Shown piece by piece: positions 17,223-27,558 of a stretch of 64,000 bases of DNA. Numbering within the stretch: the stretch's first letter is position 1; each line of letters starts with the position of its first letter. The DNA comes from an uncultured Nannocystaceae bacterium. Lineage in GTDB: Bacteria; Myxococcota_A; Bradymonadia; UBA7976; UBA1532. Location of the stretch: the NCBI GenBank assembly GCA_964384025.1, contig CAYLJJ010000006.1:4492-68491 (forward strand), in the 5' to 3' direction. The notes under the pieces were generated by a model that saw only the letters and a list, made by a program, of their open reading frames with translations, was not told where the DNA came from and did no database searches. The position numbers and the translations under genes were made by a program.

Positions 17223-18107
17223 GTGTTTGTTTGGAATATCGATCCAGATCTCTTTCATCTCCCTGCCTTCTTGGGCGGGCGGGGGATCCGCTACTATGGC
17301 GTCCTCTTTGCCCTGGCCTTGATGGGCTCCTTCTACCTCTGGCAGCGCCAAGTGATGCGTGTGGGTCGCAGTAAAGAGGAGGCAGAGAAGTTCCTGACCA
17401 TCTCCGTTATCGCCACCATCCTGGGCGCCCGCCTGGGGCACTGCTTTTTTTATGAGCCTGCGCGTTATCTCAAAGATCCCATCTCGATCATCAAGTTCTG
17501 GCAAGGGGGGTTGGCGAGCCATGGAGCTTCTCTCGGCCTCATTATTGGGATCATCTACTACTCACGAAAATATAAGATGGGCTTGGAGGAGGCCTTTGAT
17601 CGCTTCGCCATGCCGGTTGCCTTTACAGCAGCGATGGTTCGCCTGGGCAACTTTATGAACTCGGAGATCGTTGGCCGCGTCACCGATCTTCCTTGGAAGG
17701 TCAAGTTCCCTCGCCACGATAGACGCCTCTTAGATCTCTGCGATCAGTGCGGTCAGGTAGCCTCAGATGTTTGCACAGAGATCAGCGGCAGATGCTACAG
17801 CTTGGCGCAGGTCCCCTGGCGGCACCCCAGCCAGCTCTACGAGGCGGCGATGGCCTTTAGCATCCTGGGTATCCTCTATCTGGTGGATCGCAAATATGGA
17901 GAGAAACGCCCCCTGGGGCTGATGGCCGCCATTTTCTGCTTCACCTACTTCAGCGCTCGCTTCCTGGTCGAATTTGTAAAAGAGTATCAGAGCCTAGAGA
18001 GCGGCGGCTTGACGATGGGGCAGTTCCTCTCTCTTCCCTTTATCATCGCTGGGATCATCTGGTTTGTTCGCGTCTTCACCCGCCTCCAAGCCGAGAAGGC
18101 CGCCTGA
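17223..18107 (+). CDS. lgt: Prolipoprotein diacylglyceryl transferase
   Basis: Lgt signature RLGNFMNSEIVGR...LPW, multiple TM helices, N-terminal YYGVLFALA. Confidence 0.85.
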   Translation: MFVWNIDPDLFHLPAFLGGRGIRYYGVLFALALMGSFYLWQRQVMRVGRSKEEAEKFLTISVIATILGARLGHCFFYEPARYLKDPISIIKFWQGGLASHGASLGLIIGIIYYSRKYKMGLEEAFDRFAMPVAFTAAMVRLGNFMNSEIVGRVTDLPWKVKFPRHDRRLLDLCDQCGQVASDVCTEISGRCYSLAQVPWRHPSQLYEAAMAFSILGILYLVDRKYGEKRPLGLMAAIFCFTYFSARFLVEFVKEYQSLESGGLTMGQFLSLPFIIAGIIWFVRVFTRLQAEKAA

Positions 18108-18236
18108 ACGCCCAGAAACTGAACGCCCTGGACAACTTAGAAAGCACTGGTTCTAGGTAAGTCGCCATTTTCTTGTTGGCATACTCTGAGCAAATAGCGC
18201 CCCATAGAAACGCAGAGATATCCTCTGTGTTAACTC

Positions 18237-18767
18237 ATGGAGCACTATATGCTACCGATCCTCCTCAGTGTTTTCAGCCTCTTTCAAACAGCTCAAGTTT
18301 TACAGCTGAACGCTCCGGTTCAAGTCAAAGAATCGGAGGTCAAGGTCGATAAACCAAAGACCCACCCAGACAAACAGAAGGAACAAGAAGCGAAAGCTCA
18401 AAATAAGGCAGTTTTTGATGGCTGTGGAGCCGACCGCTACGAGCCCAACGACAAACGGGGGCGCGCCAAGAGTATGCGGGGAAAGCCCGTAGAGGCGATC
18501 TCCTGCCACGGGGATACAGACTGGTTTCGCTATGACTTTAAGGAAGGGCAGGAGATCCAGATTAAGCTTGAGCATCAGCAGCCCTGCGAGCTGAGCCTCT
18601 TTGCCCCAAGGCGTCGCAAGCCGGTGGGAGAGTCGCTCCTCAATCCAGAGTGGAGCGCGGTAAAGCTTAAGGTAGAGAAGAGCGGGCGCTATCGCTTCCG
18701 TGTACAGTGTCCCCAAAAGAGCCCTAACTCCTACCGACTCCAGGTGGAGATCAGCAAGGGCCTTTGA
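18237..18767 (+). CDS. Small secreted protein consisting of a PPC (pre-peptidase C-terminal) domain
   Basis: Signal peptide, then YEPND...CHGDTDWFRYDF...G pattern typical of PPC domains. Confidence 0.55.
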   Translation: MEHYMLPILLSVFSLFQTAQVLQLNAPVQVKESEVKVDKPKTHPDKQKEQEAKAQNKAVFDGCGADRYEPNDKRGRAKSMRGKPVEAISCHGDTDWFRYDFKEGQEIQIKLEHQQPCELSLFAPRRRKPVGESLLNPEWSAVKLKVEKSGRYRFRVQCPQKSPNSYRLQVEISKGL

Positions 18768-18772
18768 GTTCC

Positions 18773-20422
18773 TCAACTGGAGCCTTCGATCCCGTAGATA
18801 TTTAGCTTGCGGTAGAGGTTACGACGCGAGATCCCCAAGAGCTGCGCTGCGCGGGTCTTGTTCCAACGGGTCTTGATGAGCATCTCCAAGATCTCCTGTT
18901 TCTCCTGAGCCCTCCATTCTGCTCGAGTAGAGATCGGGCTGCGCTGTAGAGCTTGGGGAGGAGTTTTATTGGATTTTAAATTTAGGTGATTGAGCGCTTC
19001 AGGCTCCAGACCAAGATCATCGATCTCGATGATGGGGCCTCGACAGAGGATGGCGCTGGACTTGATCAGGTTCTCCAGCTCTCGGACGTTACCAGGCCAG
19101 GGTCGTCGCATAAGAGCTTGGAGAGCTTCAGGAGAGAGCCTCATGCTCTTTAACTTGAGTTCCTTGACGAAGCGCTCCAAGAAGTGCTCCGCCAACAGGG
19201 GGATATCTTCGGCGCGTTCTCGAAGAGGAGGCAGGCTGATCTCCACCACCTTAAGGCGGTAGTAGAGATCCTCCCGGAAAAGTCCTTCGCGGATATGCTC
19301 TAGAAGATCGCGGTGGGTAGCGGTGATGATGCGGGCTTGAAAAGGGATCGCTTGATTGCTCCCCAGGGGCAGCACCTCTTGCTCCTGCACCACTCTCAGC
19401 AGCTTGACCTGCAACTCCAAGGGCATCTCCCCAATCTCATCCAGGAAGAGGGTCCCATTCCTCGCGGCGACGAAGAGTCCCTGTTTGTCCTTGTCAGCTC
19501 CCGTAAAGGCTCCCTTCTTAAAACCAAAGAGTTCGCTCTCTAAGAGAGTCGCGGGCATCGCAGCACAGTTGATCGCCAAAAAGGGGGCTTGGGCACGCTC
19601 ACCCCCTTGATGAAGGGCACGCACAATCAGCTCTTTGCCGGTCCCACTCTCTCCTGTGATGAGGATAGGGATGGAGTAGTCCATCACCTGATCGAGGATC
19701 TCAAAGACCTTATAAATCTGGGGACTCCTCCCAACGATATTCTGAAAAGCATAGCGCAGGGTCCGAGCGCGGTTTCTGGCCCCAAGGGAGTGCTCAAACT
19801 GCCGGATCTCCGTTGAGGTATTGGGTGACTCCTCCTGAAAACTGTGTCCCTCTAAGCTGCCCTGAGTACGCCTCAGCGCCTCTTGCCTGCGCAGCTGTTG
19901 AAGCTCTCTCAGGTGACTCAAGAAGCCTCCTGTCAGCTCAGCCATATCTTGAGCGAGACGCAGATCATCTACCAGGAGGGGTTGTCGTCCATCGTGTAAG
20001 CGCGCCAATAGAAAGGCGCCCAAGGGCTTGTTTTGTCCTGGAATACAGGCCGCCAATACGCTGCGGAGCGGAGCGCTGGCCGAGTTTGGCTCCTGGATCC
20101 TAGAGTCCACGCTGAGATCGGCGGAGAGGAAAGGTTCCTCCTCTCTGAGGACATGATCAGCGATGCGTCGGTAGGCTCGATAACGGGGACTATGGAGGGC
20201 GCGTTGCTGAAGCTTGTAGATCGCCTTAACGCGGGGTCGGCCCCCTTCACGGATCAGGAAGAAGCCATGATCTGCCTTACTCAGCTCGACGATGCTCTCC
20301 AGGGCCTTGCGTAAGAGGCCGTTCTGATTCTCCTCAAAGGCCAAGCGCTTGCTCAATGAGATCCAGCGCTCTAGGCGAGTGACCCGATCAGTTTGGCTCA
20401 AAAATCCTCCCCGCTTGATCAA
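18773..20422 (-). CDS. Sigma-54-dependent transcriptional activator with N-terminal GAF domain and C-terminal Fis-type HTH
   Basis: ILITGESGTGKELIVRALH, GAFTGA, ESELFGF, C-terminal RAAQLLGISRRNLYRKL. Confidence 0.85.
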   Translation of the reverse strand: MIKRGGFLSQTDRVTRLERWISLSKRLAFEENQNGLLRKALESIVELSKADHGFFLIREGGRPRVKAIYKLQQRALHSPRYRAYRRIADHVLREEEPFLSADLSVDSRIQEPNSASAPLRSVLAACIPGQNKPLGAFLLARLHDGRQPLLVDDLRLAQDMAELTGGFLSHLRELQQLRRQEALRRTQGSLEGHSFQEESPNTSTEIRQFEHSLGARNRARTLRYAFQNIVGRSPQIYKVFEILDQVMDYSIPILITGESGTGKELIVRALHQGGERAQAPFLAINCAAMPATLLESELFGFKKGAFTGADKDKQGLFVAARNGTLFLDEIGEMPLELQVKLLRVVQEQEVLPLGSNQAIPFQARIITATHRDLLEHIREGLFREDLYYRLKVVEISLPPLRERAEDIPLLAEHFLERFVKELKLKSMRLSPEALQALMRRPWPGNVRELENLIKSSAILCRGPIIEIDDLGLEPEALNHLNLKSNKTPPQALQRSPISTRAEWRAQEKQEILEMLIKTRWNKTRAAQLLGISRRNLYRKLNIYGIEGSS

Positions 20423-20438
20423 GCTTTCTCAAGTGAAT

Positions 20439-21839
20439 ATGGTCCGCAGCTCTAACTCGCAGCCACGCTCACAGGGCTGCGATCTCACCAGCCTCAAGGA
20501 GCCAACAGTGTCCCAGAAGCCGCCCATCTCCCAGAGCGTCTATATCGAGACCTACGGCTGCCAGATGAACGAAGCCGACACCGAGCTGATGTATGGACTG
20601 CTCAGACGCCAAGGCTACACCATCGTGGAGACAGATAAGGAGGCTGATGTGGTGCTCCTTAACACCTGCACGGTCAGAGAGCGCGCAGAGGAGCGTGTCT
20701 TTGGTCGCTTGGGTTGGCTTAAATCCCTCAAGGCGCGACGCCCAGGGATGATCTTGGGCGTCACCGGTTGTATGGCTGAGCGTATGAAGGCTGATCTCCT
20801 CAAGCGCGCACCCTATGTTGATCTTGTATTGGGGCCAGACTCCTACCGTCGTCTCCCAGATCTTCTCCAGCAGATCCCCGAGGCTGATAACTCCCTGATC
20901 GATGTGCGCTTGGACCGTCGAGAGCGTTACGAGGGCTTGGAACTGGATCGAACGGCGGGGATCAGTGGCTGGCTGCCCATCCAACGAGGCTGTGACAAGT
21001 TCTGCACCTTCTGTATCGTACCCTTTGTGCGTGGACGAGAGCGCAGCCTGCCCCCCGATGAGGTAGAGGCGCAAGCGCGGCAGATGGTGGAGCGCGGCTT
21101 TCTAGAGATCAGCCTCTTGGGCCAAAGCGTCTCCAGTTACTATGAGCGGGGCTGTGACTTCGCTGACCTTCTACGCAGAGTTCACGCCATTGAGGGTCTG
21201 GAGCGCCTGCGTTTTATATCTCCCTACCCCAACGACTTCTCCCCTCGCCTGATCGATGCTTTGGCGGAGCTGCCTCGGCTGGGGCGCCATCTCCATCTGC
21301 CCCTTCAGAGTGGAAGCAGTCGTATCCTCAAGGAGATGCGTCGGGGCTACACCGCTGAGGCATATCGAGAGCAGGTGGCCCTGATCCGTAAGCGTCTCAA
21401 AGGCTGGGCTCTGAGCACAGATATCATCGTAGGTTACCCAGGGGAGAGAGATGAAGATTTTCAACAGACCCTGGAGATCATGGAGGCGCTGCGCTTTGAC
21501 AGCGCCTTTATGTTCCGCTACAGCGAGCGAGAGGGGACCTTCGCGGCTCGTCAACACAAAGATGATGTTTCTGACGAACTCAAGCGGGAGCGGCTCCAGG
21601 CGCTCATCAAGCTTCAGGAGTCAATCAGCAAAGAGCGTTACCGCGCCCAGATCGGGCGACGGCATGAGATCCTCATCTCAGGACCCTCACGCCGTAACCC
21701 CAAACAGGTGATCGGTCGCAGCAGTTGCTTTCGCACCACCATCTTGGAGGGCAACCATCAACCGGGAGATCTGGTCAAAGTAGAGATCTATGACGCCACC
21801 AGCCACACTCTCTTTGGAGAGCCCATCAAGGAGGGTTAA
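20439..21839 (+). CDS. miaB: tRNA-i6A37 methylthiotransferase MiaB
   Basis: YIETYGCQMNEAD, radical-SAM CDKFCTFCIVP, C-terminal TRAM domain. ATG at 20439 verified; the true start could be further downstream. Confidence 0.85.
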   Translation: MVRSSNSQPRSQGCDLTSLKEPTVSQKPPISQSVYIETYGCQMNEADTELMYGLLRRQGYTIVETDKEADVVLLNTCTVRERAEERVFGRLGWLKSLKARRPGMILGVTGCMAERMKADLLKRAPYVDLVLGPDSYRRLPDLLQQIPEADNSLIDVRLDRRERYEGLELDRTAGISGWLPIQRGCDKFCTFCIVPFVRGRERSLPPDEVEAQARQMVERGFLEISLLGQSVSSYYERGCDFADLLRRVHAIEGLERLRFISPYPNDFSPRLIDALAELPRLGRHLHLPLQSGSSRILKEMRRGYTAEAYREQVALIRKRLKGWALSTDIIVGYPGERDEDFQQTLEIMEALRFDSAFMFRYSEREGTFAARQHKDDVSDELKRERLQALIKLQESISKERYRAQIGRRHEILISGPSRRNPKQVIGRSSCFRTTILEGNHQPGDLVKVEIYDATSHTLFGEPIKEG

Positions 21840-22470
21840 GGGCTTCCTTGAGAGCCTCAAGGACCAGAGGATCTTTCTCTCTTTCTTGACGCTCTTTGAG
21901 AGCCTTATATACCTGCTTTTGCTCTTGATAGGGGCTCAAGGCTTTGATCGCGGAGATCCTGATTTGAAGATCAGGATCTTCTAAGCTCTGCTGTGCTGCG
22001 TTCCAGACTGGCTCCTGATCAAGAAAACTGTGGATGAGGGCGCGTAACGCACCCCGGCGAAGACTAAGCTCTTTGGCGTTGAGCAGAGGCAACAGCGCTT
22101 CAACCGCTCCAGGGCTCTTACGAATAGAGAGCCCTGCCATCGCTCGCTGCTTGCGGATCAAGCTTCCCTCAGCCCTGAGCGCAGCCAACAACGCAGTGTC
22201 TGCCTCTTTGGGCAGACTCCGCCATTGATCCTCTCTGGGGAGCCCTCTCCAACTCAACAGCTTCTCTACGTTGAGAGCGCCTTTGGGTGCATGTGAGGGC
22301 TTCAGCATAGCCAACCCTGGTCCAGACTTCAGGCCCTTAAAGTTGGGCATTGAAGCGGACTTAAGAGGCTGGCACTTCTGGCTTGAGGTCAGCTTAGGAG
22401 GGACCTTTGGGGGCGGACCCGCACAAGCTAGGAGAAGCAGGAGCGGGTAGAGAGTGGCTGAGATCTTCAT
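21826..22470 (-). CDS. HEAT-repeat lipoprotein
   Basis: MKISATLYPLLLLLAC lipobox. Repeated LRRGALRALIH and DPDLQIRISAIKAL HEAT-like units. Confidence 0.5.
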   Translation of the reverse strand: MKISATLYPLLLLLACAGPPPKVPPKLTSSQKCQPLKSASMPNFKGLKSGPGLAMLKPSHAPKGALNVEKLLSWRGLPREDQWRSLPKEADTALLAALRAEGSLIRKQRAMAGLSIRKSPGAVEALLPLLNAKELSLRRGALRALIHSFLDQEPVWNAAQQSLEDPDLQIRISAIKALSPYQEQKQVYKALKERQEREKDPLVLEALKEALNPP

Positions 22471-22825
22471 AAAGCCATATCTACCTGATCGTCTGCTGCT
22501 GCATAAGAGAATCTGAACAGAAATTTGAGGCAACTTTGATCAAAGAATCTCAATAGGAGCTGCGCAATTGAATCGATAAACCCCTGTATTTATCAATGTT
22601 TACACGCTTCAACAAGGAATCATGAGAAGATACTCGATCAAAAAATCTTTCCGTGTTGGGCTGAACGATTATTGAATGTTTTCCGCGTCAGCCCTGGCTG
22701 AGAGGAGCGCGGGTGGCAGTATCGAGACACCCTCCAATTTGGCAAAGGCATCATCTCTTTCTCTCTGGGGTGACTTTTGGGGAGGAGCCGAGTACCTTTC
22801 TGCCTCCCGAGGAGGGTTTTAGATC

Positions 22826-23275
22826 ATGAAAGCAGTCCACGTAATCGCAGCAGTTGGCGCGGTTTTGATCATCGCGATAACAGCTTGGTACTTTTATATG
22901 CAATATTCCGAGGTGGATACTGAGCCTCAGGCCAAGACCCGAGGACTCCAGATCAACGGGCGAGTGCTTAAGTTGGATCATCGGCTTAAGCAGCGGCAGG
23001 CGGAGATCAGTCGCAATGCAAAAGCTCAGCTTCAACCTAAGGCTGGAGCGAAAGATCAGAAGGTTGCAGTTCCCGAAGTCAAAGCTCCTCAGCCCCCTGT
23101 AAAGGCTGAGGTCAAGGACAAGGCGCCTCAGCCCCCTGTAAAGGCTGAGGGCAAGGGCAAGACGCCTCAGCCCCCTGTAAAGGCTGAGGGCAAGGGCAAG
23201 ACGCCTCAGCCCCCTGTAAAGGCTGAGGGCAAGACCCCACCCAAGGTTAAACCTGAGCCCGCCCCCAAGCCCTAA
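22826..23275 (+). CDS. Membrane-anchored protein with a tandem PQPPVKAEGKGKT repeat tail
   Basis: N-terminal TM helix AVHVIAAVGAVLIIAITAWYFY. 39-nt tandem repeats at 23081..23240. Confidence 0.5.
   Translation: MKAVHVIAAVGAVLIIAITAWYFYMQYSEVDTEPQAKTRGLQINGRVLKLDHRLKQRQAEISRNAKAQLQPKAGAKDQKVAVPEVKAPQPPVKAEVKDKAPQPPVKAEGKGKTPQPPVKAEGKGKTPQPPVKAEGKTPPKVKPEPAPKP
23081..23240. repeat. 39-nt in-frame tandem repeats (about 4 copies) encoding (A/T)PQPPVKAEGKGK
   Basis: Directly visible: aaggctgagggcaagggcaagacgcctcagccccctgta repeated. Confidence 0.8.
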
Positions 23276-23283
23276 GAGTTTCC

Positions 23284-24834
23284 ATGCGCTCCTTCAAGAT
23301 AGGCCTCTCTCTCAGCCTGCTCTGTGGGCTGCTCTATCTGCTGTTTCTCTTTGGACAGTATGATCCTGGAGCGCGCTATACCCGCGCTCCCAAAGAGGCT
23401 CTCTCAGTGGAAGAGAGCAGCTCCGTCGCTCCTCAGGAGCTTCCAGAAGAGGAGGAGGTAGCTTGGCCTGAAGATGCACCCCGAGGCGTTTATGGGCAGG
23501 TCCTGGATCTGGATGGAGCGCCGATCATGGGCGCTAAGCTTTCAATCCTTTATCCAAACGCCAAAGAGCGTAGTGCTCAGAGCAGCGCCAAGGGAGATTT
23601 TCGTCTCGATCATCTTGCTCCAGGCTTCCAGGAGGTTCAGATCGAGGCACGGGGCTATCTGCCACAGCTTCATCAAGAGCTGCCCTTTCCCGCCCGAGCA
23701 CGTCTACGCTGGGACTTTTACTTGGAACTCAAGTCGGGCATCACAGGGATCGTTCTTGGAGATCAGGGAGCTGCTTCAGAGGCCAGGGTCTTTTTGAGGC
23801 GGGTGGGGCATCAACAACCCCTTGGTTTTAGCCGCGCCGATGCGACGGGGCGTTTCGCCCTGGAGTGGCCAGAGGAGGGCGGGGCGTTAGAACTTTGGGC
23901 TCATCACGGTCAATCTGGAGAGACCTCTCTTCAGATCGAAGAGCCTGGAGAGTATCAGTTGCGCCTCCCTGGAGGAGGGTTTCTCAGCGGCTCGGTGATC
24001 GACGAGCAGGGGGATCCAGTGATCTCCTTCTCCATCACCGCCTCTCCCCTGCTCTCGGGCGGAGGTCCTCCCGCTCAATCTTTTGAGGATGAGTTGGGCC
24101 GTTTTCAGCTCGGACCCCTGGCGCCTGGTCGAGTTCGGCTTTGGGTCGCCGCCGAGGGGTATCAACCGACAGATCTCCATGACATCTTGCTGGCCTCGGG
24201 GGAGGAGACCAGCGAGATCCTCCTGCGCATGAAGAGATCCCTCACTCTTCAAGGGCGGGTGAGCGATGCCCACACAGGTCGAGCGATCGAGGGAGCTCAG
24301 ATCATCCCCGCTGAATGGCGAGCACAGGCTCTGGCTGAGTCGGTGGGCGCCTACAGCGATGAACAGGGCCGCTACCACCTCAGCGCCCTCCCTGGAGATC
24401 GCAGCAGCCTGCGAGTTGAAGCAGAGGGGTATCAATCTCTGCTCTTGGGGGGAGTTCAAGGGAAGCCTGGAGCGAGCTTACGGCGAGACTTTAGCCTTGA
24501 GCCTCTCCAGGCAGGGCAGCGAGGGGGCGCCCAACTCACCGGCATCGGGGCGGTGCTGCTCAGCCACCGTGAGGGGGTCTCTATCCAGAAAGTCGTCTCA
24601 GGAGGGCCTGCCGAGGGCAGACTTCAGCGGGGCGATTTGATCCTCCAGGTGGGCTTGCGATCGGCCAAAAAGCTGGGCCTCCAGCGGGTGGCTCAGGCGA
24701 TCCGAGGAGAGGAGGGCAGTGAGGTTGAGTTGCTCGTTCGCCGTCGGGGCCAGCGGGAACCACTCTCAATCCTGCTTACGCGCTCTCGGGTGAGGATGCC
24801 GGAGGTTCGCCGCCGTCGCAGGAGTCCACATTGA
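23284..24834 (+). CDS. Secreted protein with carboxypeptidase-regulatory-like beta-sandwich repeats and a C-terminal PDZ domain
   Basis: Signal or TM segment. Repeated GxVxDxxGxP(I/V) units. PDZ-like GIGAVLLSHREGVSIQKVVSGGPAEGRLQRGDLILQVG. Confidence 0.5.
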   Translation: MRSFKIGLSLSLLCGLLYLLFLFGQYDPGARYTRAPKEALSVEESSSVAPQELPEEEEVAWPEDAPRGVYGQVLDLDGAPIMGAKLSILYPNAKERSAQSSAKGDFRLDHLAPGFQEVQIEARGYLPQLHQELPFPARARLRWDFYLELKSGITGIVLGDQGAASEARVFLRRVGHQQPLGFSRADATGRFALEWPEEGGALELWAHHGQSGETSLQIEEPGEYQLRLPGGGFLSGSVIDEQGDPVISFSITASPLLSGGGPPAQSFEDELGRFQLGPLAPGRVRLWVAAEGYQPTDLHDILLASGEETSEILLRMKRSLTLQGRVSDAHTGRAIEGAQIIPAEWRAQALAESVGAYSDEQGRYHLSALPGDRSSLRVEAEGYQSLLLGGVQGKPGASLRRDFSLEPLQAGQRGGAQLTGIGAVLLSHREGVSIQKVVSGGPAEGRLQRGDLILQVGLRSAKKLGLQRVAQAIRGEEGSEVELLVRRRGQREPLSILLTRSRVRMPEVRRRRRSPH

Positions 24835-25709
24835 TATTCCTGGCTCTCTTGGCGTTTTTGAGCTTTTCAGAGGAACAGAGCATCCTCCAAGCCCCCCCTG
24901 AGGTGAAGCGTTGGGAACCCAGTGGCGCCCTGGTGCGAGGAGATCAGCTCTGGGTGGTGAGCGATCGAGGGGGCTGGCTCGCTCGCTACCCTCTGCCTCT
25001 ACACCCTGGAGTCAATCTACCGCGCTGGGCCCAACCCATCACTCTGCCTCAGCCCCGCATCAAGTGGGAGGCTCTAGCCCCTGGGCCAGGAGAGGTGTTC
25101 TATCTCCTGGAGGCTTGGGAGCGCGCAGTCTGGCGCTGTGGTGGACCCAGCTGTCCAGAGCCTAAGCGCTTGAGCTTTTCGGAGATCGAAGCCCTGGCGC
25201 CAGGGAGCCCTTGGCTCTCTCTAGAGGCTCTAGCCCTCCAGGGGGATCAGCTCTGGCTGGGCAGTCGAGGCAGGCTCCAGGGAGACTCGTTTCTGCCCTG
25301 GGGGCGGATCCTAGAGCGAGACAAAGGGATGATCGCCCCCTGGGGACCTCAGCTGCATGAGGGCCGCGCTTATGGCCTCAGCGGGATGGTTGTTGAGGCT
25401 GAGGAGATCTGGATGACCTGGAGTTATGAGGATGAGGGCCATAGCCAAGAGAGCGTTGCCGGCCTCCTGATGCTGAGCCGGATGGACCCCAAGGGGGGTG
25501 CCTGGGGAAAACCTCAGCTCTGCGAGGCCCTGGAGGGTAAGCCGGAGGGGATCGCCCTCTGGCGTGACCAGTTGATCATCGTCTTTGACCAGGATCGAGA
25601 TCGAAAGGGTGGCCCTGAGGGTTTTCCCTTGCGGCCTGACCAGGATTTTGCGCTTACCCGCCCCAGGCGCTGCTCTCCAAACCTCGCTCCTTCTTGGTTT
25701 GGCCCTTGA
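24831..25709 (+). CDS. Hypothetical secreted protein
   Basis: Signal-like N-terminus, coupled start (overlaps the upstream stop). No motifs recognised. Confidence 0.4.
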   Translation: MIFLALLAFLSFSEEQSILQAPPEVKRWEPSGALVRGDQLWVVSDRGGWLARYPLPLHPGVNLPRWAQPITLPQPRIKWEALAPGPGEVFYLLEAWERAVWRCGGPSCPEPKRLSFSEIEALAPGSPWLSLEALALQGDQLWLGSRGRLQGDSFLPWGRILERDKGMIAPWGPQLHEGRAYGLSGMVVEAEEIWMTWSYEDEGHSQESVAGLLMLSRMDPKGGAWGKPQLCEALEGKPEGIALWRDQLIIVFDQDRDRKGGPEGFPLRPDQDFALTRPRRCSPNLAPSWFGP

Positions 25710-25769
25710 GAGACAGATGACCCTGGTGTTTTCACTGGCTCTCTTAGGCGAAGAACTCTGTTAAGCTCC

Positions 25770-26462
25770 TTGGCGATGATCTGGCGACTCCTCCTCAAGC
25801 GCTCTCTGTTGCGGCTCAGCTTGGGCCTGCTCTTGGTGCTGAGCTTGCCCCTTTGGCTCCCCGAGTCTCTCCAACAGCGACTCTGGATCTTGAGCTTTCT
25901 GGGATTGCTCTCTCCCTGGCTGGTGCTGGGCCGAGATCAGGCGCGGCGGCGAGAGGGCTGGCGCGCTCTGCTTCAGCGTGCGCCGCGCGCTCGTCGTCTG
26001 ATCTTGGGAGAGCAGCTCCTCCCTCTGCTGATTCTGGCCCTGGGCGCTTGGTTGGGGACAGAGCAGGCTTGGCGTCCCAGTCTAGCGCTCCTGAGCTGGA
26101 GTGGCTGCTTGATGCTCTGGGCGGATGCCCTGGATCGAAGCAGCTCAGATCCAGGCACTGCTTGGCTCCCGCTCTCTTTAGGGATCATCCTGATCGTGGG
26201 CGCGCCTCTCTGGCTCTCTCCTCTCTTTGGGCTGCCCGCTTGGCGCCCCTGGATCGCAACCCTGGCGGTGGGCCTACATCCAGCAGCCTCAGCCTTAGCT
26301 GCGGCTCAACTCTCTACTTTACAAGATCCCTGGTTTTACACCCTGACCCTCAGCGGCATCCTGGAGGTTCGCCCTCTTGATTGGAGTTGGGGGTTCATCT
26401 TTTACAGTGGCCTTGGCTTCTTAGGGCTCTTAAGCGCCCAAGGTGCCGCGCGCCGCCCTTGA
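25770..26462 (+). CDS. Hypothetical polytopic membrane protein
   Basis: Multiple Leu/Trp-rich hydrophobic segments. Confidence 0.4.
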   Translation: MAMIWRLLLKRSLLRLSLGLLLVLSLPLWLPESLQQRLWILSFLGLLSPWLVLGRDQARRREGWRALLQRAPRARRLILGEQLLPLLILALGAWLGTEQAWRPSLALLSWSGCLMLWADALDRSSSDPGTAWLPLSLGIILIVGAPLWLSPLFGLPAWRPWIATLAVGLHPAASALAAAQLSTLQDPWFYTLTLSGILEVRPLDWSWGFIFYSGLGFLGLLSAQGAARRP

Positions 26463-27552
26463 GGAGTTTCTGATGATGAGAAGTCTGAGCCTTCTGCTCC
26501 TGCTCTCCGCTCCCGCGCTGAGCCAGACCCCTGCCGCCCCCCTTGATCCTCAGCTCATCGCCAAGGCGAAGAAGAGCACCGACAAGGGGCTGCGCTTCTT
26601 GCGAAGCCAACAGAATGAAGATGGCTCCTATGGTAAGCATGTGGGCCTCACCTCGATCGCCCTCCTAGCCTTCGCGGAGAGCCATCGAGACTATAAGGTT
26701 GATGATGGCCCCTTTATCAGCGCTGCGGTGAGGTGGCTTCAGGCGCAGATTCGTGAAGATGGCGCGATCACAGGAGACTCAACCCCCACCTACAACACCG
26801 CCCTGGCGATCCTCGCTTTTCAAGCTTTGGATCCCAAAAAATTCAAGAATGAGATCAAGGGAGGGCAGAAGTTCCTGCTCAGGTTCCAGAGCGATGAGGA
26901 GCAAAAGTATAAGAAGGGCGACAAGTTCTACGGAGGCATCGGCTATGGTGGCGATGAGCGCCCCGATCTCTCCAATCTGCAATATGCCCTGGAGGCTCTT
27001 AAGAAGAGCGACTATGACCCCAAGAGCGATGTGTGGAGCAAGGCGGAGATCTTCATCAACCGCTGTCAGAACCGCAGTGAGTCCAACGACCAACCTTGGG
27101 CAGGTGATGACGGCGGCTTTGTCTACGCTCCAGGCCAAAGCCCTGTAGGGGGCACTCAGAGCTATGGCTCCATGACCTTCGCGGGCCTCAAGAGCCTGAT
27201 CTTTGTTCGTGCCAAAAAGGATGATCCTAGAGTTCAAGCAGCCTGGAGCTGGATCCAGAAGCACTATGATTTCAACGAACACCCTGGCTTTGGCACCACA
27301 GGCTACTTCTACTATCTCCAAACCGCTGCAGGCGCCTTGGAGGCCTTCGGCGAGGCTTATGTCCCCGATCCCAAAGGGCGTAAGCGGGATTGGCGTTTGG
27401 ACTTGGCTGAGAAGTTGATCAGCCTTCAGGGGAAGGATGGCTCCTGGATCAACAAAGATCCCAAATACTGGGAGGGGAACGCTACCCTGAGCACCGCCCG
27501 CGCGGTGACCAGCATCAACCACATCTTGCGGGCCACAGGCGCCATCAAATAG
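26443..27552 (+). CDS. Secreted prenyltransferase/squalene-oxidase-repeat (terpenoid cyclase-like alpha/alpha toroid) protein
   Basis: Signal peptide. Repeated QNEDGSYG...ALLAF and REDGAITGD...TALAILAF units. Confidence 0.5.
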   Translation: MPRAALEEFLMMRSLSLLLLLSAPALSQTPAAPLDPQLIAKAKKSTDKGLRFLRSQQNEDGSYGKHVGLTSIALLAFAESHRDYKVDDGPFISAAVRWLQAQIREDGAITGDSTPTYNTALAILAFQALDPKKFKNEIKGGQKFLLRFQSDEEQKYKKGDKFYGGIGYGGDERPDLSNLQYALEALKKSDYDPKSDVWSKAEIFINRCQNRSESNDQPWAGDDGGFVYAPGQSPVGGTQSYGSMTFAGLKSLIFVRAKKDDPRVQAAWSWIQKHYDFNEHPGFGTTGYFYYLQTAAGALEAFGEAYVPDPKGRKRDWRLDLAEKLISLQGKDGSWINKDPKYWEGNATLSTARAVTSINHILRATGAIK

Positions 27553-27558
27553 TGATCC

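Noticed and set aside
23081-23240. Possible CRISPR-like or minisatellite array
   Set aside because: Contiguous 39-nt in-frame repeats inside a CDS, with no spacers.
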